In this document: positions 55,845 through 64,000 of the stretch, piece after piece
How the letters are laid out: each line of letters starts with the position of its first letter
Position numbering within the stretch: the first letter of the stretch is position 1
DNA from: Lachnospiraceae bacterium
GTDB taxonomy: Bacteria; Bacillota; Clostridia; Lachnospirales; Lachnospiraceae
DNA: 64,000 nucleotides
Reading direction: 5' to 3'
NCBI GenBank assembly: GCA_017439675.1
Contig: JAFSIQ010000007.1
Coordinates: forward strand, 20,310 to 84,309
Program-made: the position numbers and the translations under genes
The notes under the pieces: generated by a model
Seen by the model: only the letters and a program-made list of their open reading frames with translations
What the model was told of the DNA's origin: nothing
Databases searched by the model: none

Positions 55845-57341
55845 ATGAGACATAGCAGAAGGGCTGTAATGGCAGAACGCTATAAGTTATATGCAAAGAA
55901 GAACATTTTTAATAGTAGATATTTTGTACGTAATATGCAGATTGGATTGATTGCAGTTGTCTTAATGGCAATGATAGTCGGTGCAGTTGTTTTGGTTTCT
56001 TCAGAGTCTAAGGAAGAAGCTAAGGTTGCAGAGGTTGAGGTAAGTGTTAAGGATGCATTGTTTAGCAATAGCGAAGAAACAAAGAGTTCTAAGAAAGTTA
56101 CCACAACAGAGAAAGCAACAGAAAGAGCTACGGAATCCACACAGGTTGTAGAGTCAACAGAGGTTAAGGAAGCAATTCTTGCAGAGAAAGTTCAGACCGA
56201 ATTGACAAGTACAGTGACAGAAGTTGTAAGCAATGTGGCCGTGCCAGAAGTTGAGATGGAGATTTTGGTGCAGGAAGAGGATGCATTTGGTAACAGATGT
56301 ATTGCTAAGGTGGAAGAAACCTTGAATATCAGAAGCAATCCAAGTGCAGATGCAGAGTTTGTAGGACAGATGAATAACGGAGCAATCGCAAAGGTTGTTG
56401 GTGTAGAAGGTGACTGGGTTAAGATTAAGTCTGGTGATGTAGAAGGTTACGTTATGAGTGAATATGTGTTGACCGGTGAGGAGGCAGCACAGTTTGCAAA
56501 GGATTATGTAACACTTCGAGGTACTGTTTTAGAGGATGGCGTGAATGTTCGTGCCGAGATGTCAACCGATTCTGAGATTCTTGTTGTGAAGGATAAGGAT
56601 GATACTATTACTGTATTAGAGAATCCGGAAGATGAGGAAGAAGATGTTGAGATATCAGATGCTGAATCTGCGTTGAAGGTAGCAGATGTTCCGAACGAAA
56701 AGACAACGGAAGTTGCTACTGAGATTGTGGTGAATGCTACAACAGAGACAACAACAGAACTTGCAGATGCGAATGTAGCAAAGACTGAGAAAGCAACAGT
56801 AGAGATTGAATGGTTGCCAGTTATGTTGGAAGATGGTAAGACAGGTTATGTTTCCGCAGAATTGGTACATGTTGAAGAGTTATATGAAATCGCAGTATCA
56901 GCAGAGGAATTGCAGAGACGTGCGGAAGAGGAAGCGGCTAGAAAGGCAGCGGAGGAAGCAGCGGCGGCGGCAGCGGCAGCAGAAGCTCAGAGAAGAGAAG
57001 AGGAGAGCCAGTCTTATGAAGGTGCGACTACAACTCCAGTTACAGCAACAGAGTCCGGCGATTTAATTGGAACGTTTACAATTACAGCGTATTGTGGTTG
57101 TAAGAAGTGTAGCGGTGGTAGTAATAGAACAGCAAGTGGTACAGTTCCTACTGAGGGAAGAACGATTGCAGCAGACACAAGCATTTTACCATTTGGTACC
57201 CAGGTAGTGATTGGTGGTGTCGTTTATACTGTAGAGGATTGTGGTAGCGGTGTTAGAGGTAATCACATTGATATTTTCTTTGCAACACATGCAAAGGCAT
57301 TGCAGTTTGGTAGAAGAACTATGAAGGTTTACAGATACTAA
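55845..57341 (+). CDS. cell-wall protein with SH3b-like and C-terminal 3D (MltA/YabE-like) domains
   Basis: GGAGGA RBS and an N-terminal TM anchor. SH3b-like NIRSNPSADAEFVGQMNNGAIAKVVGVEGDWVKIKSGDVEGYV. Ala/Glu-rich coil. 3D domain TASGTVPTEGRTIAAD...VEDCGSGVRGNHIDIFF. Confidence 0.8.
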   Translation: MRHSRRAVMAERYKLYAKKNIFNSRYFVRNMQIGLIAVVLMAMIVGAVVLVSSESKEEAKVAEVEVSVKDALFSNSEETKSSKKVTTTEKATERATESTQVVESTEVKEAILAEKVQTELTSTVTEVVSNVAVPEVEMEILVQEEDAFGNRCIAKVEETLNIRSNPSADAEFVGQMNNGAIAKVVGVEGDWVKIKSGDVEGYVMSEYVLTGEEAAQFAKDYVTLRGTVLEDGVNVRAEMSTDSEILVVKDKDDTITVLENPEDEEEDVEISDAESALKVADVPNEKTTEVATEIVVNATTETTTELADANVAKTEKATVEIEWLPVMLEDGKTGYVSAELVHVEELYEIAVSAEELQRRAEEEAARKAAEEAAAAAAAAEAQRREEESQSYEGATTTPVTATESGDLIGTFTITAYCGCKKCSGGSNRTASGTVPTEGRTIAADTSILPFGTQVVIGGVVYTVEDCGSGVRGNHIDIFFATHAKALQFGRRTMKVYRY

Positions 57342-57391
57342 TGGACAAGCGGTTTGTTGGAATGTGAATCGCAATATAAGAGAAGAATAGC

Positions 57392-57435
57392 AAGGTTGGA
57401 TATTACGGAGTGTAATACCCAACCTTTACTTTTTG
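57392..57435 (+). terminator. rho-independent terminator
   Basis: AAGGTTGGATATTAC pairs with GTAATACCCAACCTT, then TACTTTTT. Confidence 0.8.
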
Positions 57436-57553
57436 TGAGGGATTCGTTACAATAAGAAGAGTATTATGATGACATTGAAACTGGTGTTGAGAATTGAATT
57501 GTTTGACATACATATGTTATATATTGAAATTTATGATGTGGGTGGAGTAGAGA

Positions 57554-58240
57554 ATGGAACATAAGATTTTGTTGGTAGAAGATGACTTTGCATTGGCAAT
57601 GGGAACCGAATATGCATTGCAGGCAGAAGGGTATGATGTAGTTCATGTTAGTAATTTGGAAAGTGCAAGAAATGCACTTACACAGTCTTTTGATTTGATT
57701 TTGTTAGATGTAATGTTACCAGATGGAACTGGTTATGATTTGTGCAAGGAGATTCGTCAGAAAAGCATTTTTATTCCGATTATATTTCTGACTGCAGTAG
57801 CAGAGGAAGTAAATGTTGTACAGGGGTTGGAATTAGGGGCAGATGATTATGTGGCAAAACCATACAGAGTCAAGGAATTGTTATCCCGGATTGCAGCGAA
57901 TATCAGAAGATATCAAATACAACACGGTAGCAGACCAGAAATGTCTCATCAATTTGGTGAACATCTATTTTTGTTAGAGGAGTTCCGGTTGCAATGTAAG
58001 GGTGAATATGTAGATTGTACCCCAAGTGAGTTGCGTTTGTTAAAGGAATTGATTTTGCATGAAGGACAAGTGTTAACCAGAAATCAGTTGTTAGAGCGTT
58101 TGTATGACGCAGAAGAGAATTATATTGATGATAACACATTGTCTGTTTATATGAAGCGTTTGCGTGACCGATTAGGCAAGGATGCAGAATGGATTGAGAC
58201 AGTCAGAGGTGTTGGATATCGGTTTAAGAAACGCGGTTAA
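57554..58240 (+). CDS. OmpR-family response regulator
   Basis: Receiver domain (LLVEDD, ILLDVMLPDGTG, ADDYVAKP) plus a winged-helix output (TVRGVGYRF). Confidence 0.9.
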   Translation: MEHKILLVEDDFALAMGTEYALQAEGYDVVHVSNLESARNALTQSFDLILLDVMLPDGTGYDLCKEIRQKSIFIPIIFLTAVAEEVNVVQGLELGADDYVAKPYRVKELLSRIAANIRRYQIQHGSRPEMSHQFGEHLFLLEEFRLQCKGEYVDCTPSELRLLKELILHEGQVLTRNQLLERLYDAEENYIDDNTLSVYMKRLRDRLGKDAEWIETVRGVGYRFKKRG

Positions 58241-58297
58241 GAAACGATTTTACTTCTCGTTGGAGAACAGAATTGGTATCATATATGGGAGAAGAAA

Positions 58298-59329
58298 ATG
58301 AAGAGTAACTATGAACGCAATCAATTTACAATCAAATATAGTTTGGTTTCCATAATATGTCTGTTAGTGTGTGTCGGATTTGTTTGGTGGCAGCATGGGG
58401 AATTGACGTGGAAGGATGGCAGTGTTGTATTGCTGTTTGCAATCTGTTTGATTGTAATATATATCATTACATATCGACGATTGAACCATGTGTATACGGA
58501 GGTAGAAACCATCTCTGAAATGATGTCAGAAATGATGGAGGGAAAAGAAGAACTTCCAGAAGAACAGTACAAAGAAGGTGCTGTGGGAGTGTTATACACC
58601 AACTTTTACAAGGTGGTGGGAATTCTTCAGGAGAATCGCAATCGGGAATTGAACGAGAAGATATTTTTAAGAGATATCATTTCGGATATTTCTCATCAAT
58701 TAAAGACTCCGTTGGCATCATTGAATGTATTTGTAGATTTGTTGTTAGAGGATAAGATTGCGGATGAAGCAAAGCGGAAACAGATATTGAGCGAAGCAGC
58801 GAATCAGCTAAGTCGTATGGAATGGATGGTGTTATCTATGCTAAAGCTTGCCCGAATCGAGGCGGGAGCCATTCAGTTTGATAAGAAGAAAGTATCACTA
58901 AAGCCGATTCTTATGCAGGCAGCAGAGGGAGTACAGTTTCTTGTTCAGAAAAGAAATCAGACCTTGTTGGTGGATTGTGATGAGGATGTTATGATGCTTT
59001 GTGATGGAGAGTGGTTGACAGAAGCATTAATTAATCTCCTTAAAAATGCCTCAGATTATTCCGGAGAAGGAAAAAGAATCTGGATTGGGGTGGAACACAC
59101 CAATGTTTACACTAGGATTTATGTGAAGGATGAGGGCGTTGGAATTGCAGAAAGTGAGTTGCCTAACATTTTCAAGCGCTTTTACCGTGTTCATCAGGAG
59201 GTCAATCCCAACAGTGTGGGAATTGGATTGTCGCTCACCAAGTCCATTATTGAGGGGATGGACGGCATGATTCGTGTACAGAGTGAAGAGGGAGCGTATA
59301 CTTGGTTTGTATTAACTTTTGTGAAGTAA
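58298..59329 (+). CDS. sensor histidine kinase, intramembrane-sensing type
   Basis: Two TM helices separated by only ~11 aa (QHGELTWKDGS). H-box ISHQLKTPL. HATPase_c blocks (NLLKNASDYS, DEGVGI, GIGLSL). Confidence 0.9.
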   Translation: MKSNYERNQFTIKYSLVSIICLLVCVGFVWWQHGELTWKDGSVVLLFAICLIVIYIITYRRLNHVYTEVETISEMMSEMMEGKEELPEEQYKEGAVGVLYTNFYKVVGILQENRNRELNEKIFLRDIISDISHQLKTPLASLNVFVDLLLEDKIADEAKRKQILSEAANQLSRMEWMVLSMLKLARIEAGAIQFDKKKVSLKPILMQAAEGVQFLVQKRNQTLLVDCDEDVMMLCDGEWLTEALINLLKNASDYSGEGKRIWIGVEHTNVYTRIYVKDEGVGIAESELPNIFKRFYRVHQEVNPNSVGIGLSLTKSIIEGMDGMIRVQSEEGAYTWFVLTFVK

Positions 59330-59390
59330 AGTGATTATCTTACAAAACTGTAAGATAGCCTGTCATGATAATGTAATATTGGTATTTTAT

Positions 59391-59427
59391 AATGAGTATA
59401 GTTTGAATCAACTATACTCATTTTTGT
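59391..59427 (+). terminator. rho-independent terminator between the kinase and the ABC genes
   Basis: AATGAGTATAGTT (59391-59403) pairs with AACTATACTCATT (59411-59423), then TTTT. Confidence 0.8.
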
Positions 59428-59498
59428 TAACTAAATCTAGGAGAAATCAGCCTAGTCGATTGTTATAGTGAAGTATTTAATTTTGAAGGGGAGAGAAA

Positions 59499-61853
59499 AT
59501 GGGAAATTACAAAGCACTTGCGATTCAGTACCTAAAACTGAATAAGCGAAGAACAATCTTAACCATATTAGGAACATCGATGACAGTACTAATATTGTAT
59601 GTTCTGTTGAATATGCTTTTTAGCTATATGGACAATATGAAAGAAGAGTACATTAATCTTTATGGCGATTATGAGATGATTCTGTACACAGAGACTGCGG
59701 AGCAGATTGCACAGATTAAGGAAGATCCGATTGTAGAGAAAGCCTATATCGGTGAGTGGTTTCTGTCTAGTGAGAAAAGTTATGAAAACGCAATGTTTAT
59801 TAAGGGAGACAGCCCATATCGCATTGATAAGAACTTTGAATATCTGACATCTACCTATGAGGTAGAGGGTGAGATTGACCAGTTTATTGCAGCGTTTTCG
59901 TTCCAAGGAAGTGACTCCAGCATCATATACATATTGATAATATTTTCTTTGTTGGTAGCATATATATTTGCAATTTTCGGTGTGGGAGTTATCCGTAATT
60001 CCATTCAGCTTTCCTTATTTGAGCAGATTAAGGATTATGGAAATCTACGCTGTATTGGAGCATCCAAGAGTCAGCTACGGGCAATCATTTATACGCAGGG
60101 TGCTATTATGGAGAGTTTTGGTGTTGTAATCGGTGTTGTGGTCGGACAACTTGGAATGTCGTTAGTTGGTCTTCTCATCAACTTTGAGCTTACTGTGCAT
60201 GCCATACCAATTGTGTTGATTTTAATTGCGTACTTTGGCGATTTGTACTTTGCTATGGAGGAGAATTGCAAGCTAGTAACGGGAATGTCTCCGGTGAGTG
60301 CTCTAAAGGGAGAGTTTCGAATCCGCAAGGAAAAGATTAAGTTAAGAAAGAAAAGCATCTATGGAAGGATATTTGGCATCGAAGGCGATTATGCATATAA
60401 GAGCTTGATGCGAAGTCCGGGTAAGTTTTACAAGAGTGTAGGTGCTATGTTCATTGGTATTACCGCCGTGATTGCTTGCTTTGGGTCAGTGAAATTGTTT
60501 GATGTCTATATGGATGATATGGAGGATATGAGTGGCTATTATCAGATAGATTATACTTCAGGAATAGAGATTGATGACTCCATAGAATCAGCTCAGAAAC
60601 TGATGCCAGATACAGAGTTTTTGAAGCGGATAGCGGAGCATGAAAATGTCACAGCAGTTCGAAAAATGTATGAAGCACAGGCAATGCTGGTGGATGATAA
60701 TGCAATCAAGGATCATTTGGTGGATACCTACTCGGATAATCCAACGTTGGGAAGCATCTATCAGGAGCATGAGGACAGAGATGAGTGGATACAGCTTTTT
60801 TACAAAAACCTCCGAAGCACACTTATGATTTATGGATATAACGAAGAGGATTATGCTAGATATGAGGAGCATTTGATAGATGGAACCTTGGATGTCAGTG
60901 AGAATGGAATTGTGGTGGTCAATGGAACTAAGACAATGGTGGAAATGACAGATGACCAAGGAGACACGATGTATACAAGTGCTATGATGGAAACGGCAAT
61001 CACAGACTATCAGGTGGGCGATACCATCGAGATTGTTAACGTGAAAAAGCTAAATTCCATGTTGGTAGAAGAGATGGAGGGCAAGCAGGAACAAGCAGAA
61101 AAAAATGGCGGTGAAATTGATGGCGAATCCTTCATGGAATATCGAGCTAAGAAAGTAGAGGAATGCAGACAAGCTTTAATTGAGCAAGGAGAATACGAGA
61201 CCTATGTAATTGAGGGTATTGTGGATAGAGATGTGAACATTAACAATCCAGAGTTTTCCATTGTTCTGCCACTTGAACGATACTTTGCTATGACTGGACT
61301 AGATGAAAATGCTGTAGTTGGAATGGCGTATCATATTGAGGGGGATTTATCCATGGAGGAGTGTTATAACTTTAACTACTATAATGAAGAAAAGAGTGTT
61401 GATTATTATGCAGACTATCTTATATTTCTAGAAGTTATCGCAGGAATGAAGAATGCTACCATGTATGTACTGGTATTTATGCTATTCATTGCAACGGTGA
61501 GTAGTGTGAATATCATCAATACAACAGCAAGTAACATTCATATGAGAAGAAAAGAATTTGCACAGCTTCGAGTGATTGGTGTATCCAAGGAAGGTTTAAT
61601 TAAAATGGTAATGCTAGAGGGTGTGATTACGACAATTGCAGCGAATGTAATAGGAATTATAATTGGCAATCTGTTTAGCTATGGTGTGTATTATTACATG
61701 AAAATGCTTTGGGATGTACATTACACAATACCGTGGTTCGGAATGCTCTTAGGTTTGGTATTGTCAGTTGCTGTGCTGTGCGGTTCGGTGTATGTACCAC
61801 TTATCAATATGAAGCAGAGTATGGCGGAAGATTTAGCAGTTAGTGGAGAGTAA
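59499..61853 (+). CDS. fused double FtsX/MacB-type ABC permease (8 TM, two extracytoplasmic domains)
   Basis: 784 aa. Hydropathy read by eye gives TM1, an ECD of ~95 aa, TM2-4, a cytoplasmic linker, TM5, an ECD of ~300 aa, and TM6-8. FtsX-like helices flank both ECDs. Confidence 0.8.
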   Translation: MGNYKALAIQYLKLNKRRTILTILGTSMTVLILYVLLNMLFSYMDNMKEEYINLYGDYEMILYTETAEQIAQIKEDPIVEKAYIGEWFLSSEKSYENAMFIKGDSPYRIDKNFEYLTSTYEVEGEIDQFIAAFSFQGSDSSIIYILIIFSLLVAYIFAIFGVGVIRNSIQLSLFEQIKDYGNLRCIGASKSQLRAIIYTQGAIMESFGVVIGVVVGQLGMSLVGLLINFELTVHAIPIVLILIAYFGDLYFAMEENCKLVTGMSPVSALKGEFRIRKEKIKLRKKSIYGRIFGIEGDYAYKSLMRSPGKFYKSVGAMFIGITAVIACFGSVKLFDVYMDDMEDMSGYYQIDYTSGIEIDDSIESAQKLMPDTEFLKRIAEHENVTAVRKMYEAQAMLVDDNAIKDHLVDTYSDNPTLGSIYQEHEDRDEWIQLFYKNLRSTLMIYGYNEEDYARYEEHLIDGTLDVSENGIVVVNGTKTMVEMTDDQGDTMYTSAMMETAITDYQVGDTIEIVNVKKLNSMLVEEMEGKQEQAEKNGGEIDGESFMEYRAKKVEECRQALIEQGEYETYVIEGIVDRDVNINNPEFSIVLPLERYFAMTGLDENAVVGMAYHIEGDLSMEECYNFNYYNEEKSVDYYADYLIFLEVIAGMKNATMYVLVFMLFIATVSSVNIINTTASNIHMRRKEFAQLRVIGVSKEGLIKMVMLEGVITTIAANVIGIIIGNLFSYGVYYYMKMLWDVHYTIPWFGMLLGLVLSVAVLCGSVYVPLINMKQSMAEDLAVSGE

Positions 61854-61898
61854 TAAAACAATATAATCAAAGTATTATGTGAAAGGATGGTAAAGAAT

Positions 61899-62570
61899 AT
61901 GGATATCGTAACATTAGAAAACGTAACAAAGGTATATGGTGAGGGTGATACCCGTGTGTGGGGCTTACATGATGTGAGCATGACAGTGAAACAGGGAGAA
62001 GTGGTAGCAGTTGTTGGTGCTTCCGGTTCTGGTAAGTCCACTCTCTTAAATGTGATTGGTGGTGTAGATACCCCAAATAGTGGAAAAATTGTGGTAGATG
62101 GTAAGGATATTACAAAGCTAAATGATGAGCAGATGTCAGTGTTCCGCAGGAGAAAAATCGGATTTGTATTTCAGGCATATCATTTGATTCCAGTATTATC
62201 GGTGGAAGAAAATATTATGATGCCGATTTTATTAGACCACAGAAAGCCAGATAAGGAGTATGTGGATTACATAATGGAAATGTTGGGCTTGCAGGATAGA
62301 AAAACACATTTACCAAATCAGTTATCTGGTGGACAACAACAGCGTGCGGCTATTGCAAGAGCTTTGGCAAACCGTCCAGCCCTTATATTGGCAGATGAAC
62401 CAACTGGTGCGTTGGATTCAAAAAATGGTACCGAGGTTATAACTCTGTTACAGGATTCTGTGAAGAAATTAAACCAGACGTTGATTCTGATTACACATAA
62501 CATAGATATTGCAAGAGAAGCAGATAGAATTATCCGTATTGCGGATGGTGAGATTGTAGAAGGTGTGTAA
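61899..62570 (+). CDS. ABC transporter ATP-binding protein (MacB/LolD-type)
   Basis: Track ORF 61887..62570; the MDIVTLENVTKVYG start is typical. GASGSGKST, LSGGQQQRAAIARAL, ILADEPTGALD. Confidence 0.9.
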   Translation: MDIVTLENVTKVYGEGDTRVWGLHDVSMTVKQGEVVAVVGASGSGKSTLLNVIGGVDTPNSGKIVVDGKDITKLNDEQMSVFRRRKIGFVFQAYHLIPVLSVEENIMMPILLDHRKPDKEYVDYIMEMLGLQDRKTHLPNQLSGGQQQRAAIARALANRPALILADEPTGALDSKNGTEVITLLQDSVKKLNQTLILITHNIDIAREADRIIRIADGEIVEGV

Positions 62571-62683
62571 GATATAAGAAAAGGCAGATGTTCGGTTAAT
62601 CTGCGTAAATCCATCAAGGTGGTTCATGAATAAGTGTTGATTATTTTGCTAGGTAAGATGTAGAAAGAAAGGTTGAGAAGAAA

Positions 62684-63619
62684 ATGAGAAGAATAAAGAG
62701 AATGAAGAATATATGGTTTTGTGTTCTTGGCATGATGGCGATATTTTTCGGTATTGTAAGTGTACCATCAAAGGTAGAGGCTGCAACACCAAGATTGATG
62801 GTTTCTAATTATGAGATTGTGGGTGGTTCTGTTGTTGGAGGTAAGAATTTTAACTTAAAGCTTACCTTGAAGAACACGGCTGCAAAGACAACGGTTAAGA
62901 ATATTAAGGTGACTGTTGCTACAGAAAATGGTGAATTTCTTCCGGTGGATGGTGCAGGAACTGCTTATGTGGAGTCTATGGATGCCAATGCAGAGGAAAC
63001 CTTATCTTTTAAACTGAAAGCGGTAAAAGGATTACAGGAGAAGTCTTACAAGGTTACCATTAAGACAGAATATGAGAGCAGTAATGGTATGGAATATACA
63101 GTAGATGAGTCGATTTTCTTGCCTGTGACTATGGAGCAGAGAATGACAGTGACAGACCTTTTTGTGGAAGGTGGAGACATACATATTGGTGATAGCGTGG
63201 AGGTTACAGCAAAGATTAACAATTTGGGAGAGGGTTCGCTATATAACGTAATCGCAACGCTCAAGGGTGACGGTGTGGACGAAATGTCAAGCTTTGTGGG
63301 CAATGTGGAGCCGGGAAAAAGTGGTAGTGTGGATATTATCACATTGGCATCAGAAGTGACCTATGAACATAGCAAGGCATATCTCTATATTACCTATGAG
63401 GATATTGAAGGAAATAAGCAGGAACAAAAGGAAGAATTGAAATTTAAAGTTTCTAGTCCGATATATGATGACTTGGAAATGATAAAGGGTGAAGAGAAGA
63501 AGACAACAGACTGGACATTGGTGAAGTGGATTATCGGAACCATTGTGGTAGTTGCAATTGTAGCAGTTGTGATTGTTAGACGAGTAAAGAGAAAGAAGAA
63601 AATCTTAGAGGAGTTTTAA
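62684..63619 (+). CDS. secreted, C-terminally anchored protein with two CARDB/COG1361-like beta-sandwich domains
   Basis: Signal peptide ...SVPSKVEA. Two similar units (NFNLKLTLKNTA... and VEVTAKINNLGEGSLYNV...). C-terminal TM followed by RRVKRKKK. Confidence 0.65.
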   Translation: MRRIKRMKNIWFCVLGMMAIFFGIVSVPSKVEAATPRLMVSNYEIVGGSVVGGKNFNLKLTLKNTAAKTTVKNIKVTVATENGEFLPVDGAGTAYVESMDANAEETLSFKLKAVKGLQEKSYKVTIKTEYESSNGMEYTVDESIFLPVTMEQRMTVTDLFVEGGDIHIGDSVEVTAKINNLGEGSLYNVIATLKGDGVDEMSSFVGNVEPGKSGSVDIITLASEVTYEHSKAYLYITYEDIEGNKQEQKEELKFKVSSPIYDDLEMIKGEEKKTTDWTLVKWIIGTIVVVAIVAVVIVRRVKRKKKILEEF

Positions 63620-63621
63620 GT

Positions 63622-64000
63622 ATGGCATGGATTTGGCGTTTGTGCATTACGAATATGAAAAAAAGGGGAATTCGGACATTTCTTACAATCCTTGGAGTTG
63701 TGATTGGTGTCATATCCATTGTGTCACTCATTTCCGTTGGTATTGGCGCAAAGGAGCTGATTATGAAGGATTTTGGCGGTGATACACTGCGAAGAATCGA
63801 AGTAAGCAGTATGGAACAATCCAATCGCAAGGACAAAATGCTTACGGATGATTCCATTGCAATGATTGGTGAATTAGACCATGTGGAAGTGGTGTATCCG
63901 GTGCTTACCATGTATGGATATGCGTATGTGGATAAGTATGAAGGATATGCAGAAATATTAGGTGTACCACAGTCATATTTGCAAACTCTTACATTGGCAG
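63622..64000 (+). CDS. MacB/FtsX-type ABC permease, 5' part (runs off the window)
   Basis: Not in the track (no stop in the window). ATG 63622 lies 3 nt after the upstream stop. MAWIWRLCITNMKKRGIRTFLTILGVVIGVISIVSLISVG... then the start of an extracytoplasmic domain. Confidence 0.7.
   Translation, partial: MAWIWRLCITNMKKRGIRTFLTILGVVIGVISIVSLISVGIGAKELIMKDFGGDTLRRIEVSSMEQSNRKDKMLTDDSIAMIGELDHVEVVYPVLTMYGYAYVDKYEGYAEILGVPQSYLQTLTLA

Noticed and set aside
56920-57000. GCG/GCA-rich tract (gcggcggcggcagcggcagcagaagc) as a possible slipped-strand phase-variation repeat
   Set aside because: It is an imperfect triplet run encoding an Ala/Glu coil (AAEEAAAAAAAAEAQ) inside the SH3/3D protein. Being in-frame triplets, it would not switch the gene on or off.

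Overview
This 64-kb segment looks like chromosome from a low-GC Gram-positive anaerobe. Gene content and style point to Clostridia, probably Lachnospiraceae-like: SpoIID/LytB-, SpoVB/MurJ- and YabE-type genes, a T-box leader, AGGAGG-type RBSs and many rho-independent terminators. About 45 genes are called, nearly all on the + strand, with two short minus-strand blocks (pfk; aroA-tyrA-pseudouridine synthase).

Recognisable core genes are pheS/pheT behind a Phe T-box, queA, aroA, tyrA, a PPi-type phosphofructokinase, an aconitase-family hydratase, an ABC-F ATPase, a heterodimeric ABC exporter, a ROK kinase with a GH1 6-phospho-beta-glucosidase, and an MBL/beta-CASP nuclease. Two large c-di-GMP proteins are present: a propeller-sensor HD-GYP protein and a PBP-GGDEF-EAL protein with a repeat-rich tail.

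I found no rRNA, tRNA, CRISPR array, transposase, integrase, or obvious phage or defence-island genes, and I do not see a clear multi-gene novel system. The best second-look items are:
- an unannotated 32-codon hydrophobic ORF with a full type I toxin-antitoxin-like layout, inside an AT-rich islet of immunity-like genes (about 940-1290);
- a 184-nt rod-shaped, 6S-RNA-like structured element in the leader of the SpoIID-like gene (36392-36575);
- a 205-nt imperfect palindrome with a GC-rich core between convergent genes (52008-52212);
- a roughly 360-aa repeat tail (about 28 aa per repeat, G-I-G motif) on the cytoplasmic GGDEF-EAL protein;
- a translationally coupled HxxxD-acyltransferase / zinc-ribbon membrane protein pair, followed by an esterase whose stop overlaps the ABC-F start;
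- a two-component system followed by an ABC module with two FtsX-type permeases and a CARDB-like anchored protein.

All family calls come from motifs read by eye and recalled family signatures; no searches were run. Hand-counted hairpin and promoter coordinates may be off by 1-2 nt.
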